The notes under the pieces: generated by a model
What the model saw: the letters and a program-made list of their open reading frames with translations, nothing else
What the model was told of the DNA's origin: nothing
The model's database searches: none
In this document: piece after piece, positions 43,700 through 44,620 of the stretch
Layout of the letters: each line of letters starts with the position of its first letter
How positions within the stretch are numbered: position 1 is the stretch's first letter
Assembly (NCBI GenBank): GCA_029007415.1
Contig: JAQXHT010000050.1
Coordinates: forward strand, 1-44,620
Source of the DNA: a bacterium
Lineage (GTDB): Bacteria > Bacillota_I > Bacilli_A > RF39 > UBA660
Reading direction: 5' to 3'
DNA: 44,620 nt
Position numbers and translations under genes: made by a program

Positions 43700-44620
43700 T
43701 TATATAACGGTAGCATTAACACTGCCATCTTTTAGTTCTATTTCTATTTTATCGTTACTCTTTAAATCTTTAACACTTGCAATAGCTTTATCATTATGTT
43801 TTATAATACTGTAACCTCTATCTAAGGTTTTTAAAGGACTAAGAGCATCTAATTTATTAATTAATAAAAGATAATTATGTTTCTTCTTATCAAGAATTAC
43901 TTCTGGATTAGTAAGACATCTTCTAGTTAATACTAAATTTAGTTTAGCTCTCTTTCTATCTAATAAATTCTTATAGTTAGTAATCAATCTATCTTCCAAG
44001 TAATCAAGCTTCATTGTTTTACTAGCATATAAATCTATCGGATTATTTAGTATATAACTATCTTTAACTTTAAGTAATCTTTTCTTTTTTAACTCTAAAA
44101 TAGTATTTACGTTTTTAATACCACGAAGTTTTAACTGTTCAATATAATTAATAACGTCTTTTTTATCAGGAACTGCTATTTCTGCTGCTCCGGTTGGCGT
44201 TGGTGCTCTAAGATCTGCCACAAAGTCTGCAATTGTAAAGTCAATTTCATGACCAACAGCACTAATAACTGGAATAGAACAATCATAGATGGCTCTTGCT
44301 ACTATCTCTTCATTAAAAGCCCATAAGTCTTCGATAGAACCACCACCTCTACCGACTATTAAAACATCTAGATTATAATCTTCTGCTCTTTTTATCTGTC
44401 TTACGATATCTTCCTTGGCATTTTCTCCTTGAACAAGAGCTGGAAATAAAATAACTTCTACTAAAGGAAATCTTCTATTAATAGTAGAAATAATATCTCT
44501 TATAGCTGCTCCAGTAGATGCTGTTATTACCCCTACTCTCTCTGGTATTCTAGGTATCTTTTTCTTATGACTTTCCGAAAATAGACCTTCATTAGCAAGT
44601 TTCTTCTTCAACTGTTCAAA
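43700..44620 (-). CDS. xseA: Exodeoxyribonuclease VII large subunit, 5' end outside the window
   Basis: GRGGGSIEDLWAFNEE and VISAVGHEIDFTIADFVAD motifs. The frame is open to the window edge. Confidence 0.9.
   Translation of the reverse strand, partial: FEQLKKKLANEGLFSESHKKKIPRIPERVGVITASTGAAIRDIISTINRRFPLVEVILFPALVQGENAKEDIVRQIKRAEDYNLDVLIVGRGGGSIEDLWAFNEEIVARAIYDCSIPVISAVGHEIDFTIADFVADLRAPTPTGAAEIAVPDKKDVINYIEQLKLRGIKNVNTILELKKKRLLKVKDSYILNNPIDLYASKTMKLDYLEDRLITNYKNLLDRKRAKLNLVLTRRCLTNPEVILDKKKHNYLLLINKLDALSPLKTLDRGYSIIKHNDKAIASVKDLKSNDKIEIELKDGSVNATVI

Noticed and set aside
1-44620. CRISPR arrays, rRNA genes, long tandem repeats, prophage or integrase-bounded islands, and recognisable defence systems (restriction-modification, CBASS, Thoeris, abortive-infection ATPase-nuclease pairs).
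   Set aside because: I saw no regularly spaced direct repeats, no rRNA-like conserved blocks, no integrase other than xerD, and no nuclease/ATPase/TIR/cyclase-type domains among the translated ORFs. The only mobile DNA I could support is the ISL3 element.

Overview
Very AT-rich bacterial chromosomal segment with Bacillota (Firmicutes)-type gene content, standard genetic code (TAG, TAA and TGA all terminate long ORFs). Genus cannot be assigned without a database search. It is mostly densely packed housekeeping genes. Left half, mainly + strand: rnhC, cvpA, trxA, yigZ, an AI-2E transporter, two P-loop kinase-like genes, alaS, holA, a lone tRNA, tcdA, lexA, polA, mutM, pyk. Right half, mainly - strand: gmk, tmcAL, xerD/deoB, an eight-gene NAD salvage/ADP-ribose recycling/NADP operon (pncA-pncB-nudix-nadE-prs-nadD-nadK-pncC) next to an NrtR-type regulator, mnmA, spoIIM, spoIVB, a Fic protein, DUF1653, xseB and a partial xseA. 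I saw no rRNA, CRISPR array or prophage. I found no clear multi-gene defence or other novel system. Points worth a second look: (1) an unlisted 41-codon membrane-peptide ORF divergent from lexA, behind a consensus-like promoter carrying a LexA-box-like palindrome; (2) the NAD super-operon with two 21-bp palindromes as candidate NrtR operators; (3) a 1958-bp ISL3-family element with 60-bp perfect terminal inverted repeats, inserted between the last sense codon and the stop codon of spoIVB; (4) a metallophosphoesterase gene interrupted by an in-frame TAG; (5) a stand-alone tRNA-Glu-like gene with a CUC anticodon between two large uncharacterised ORFs; (6) further sub-60-codon ORFs (DUF1540-like, 29-aa hydrophobic peptide) and operator-like palindromes. 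All functional calls come from motif recognition by eye on the supplied translations. None has been confirmed by a search.
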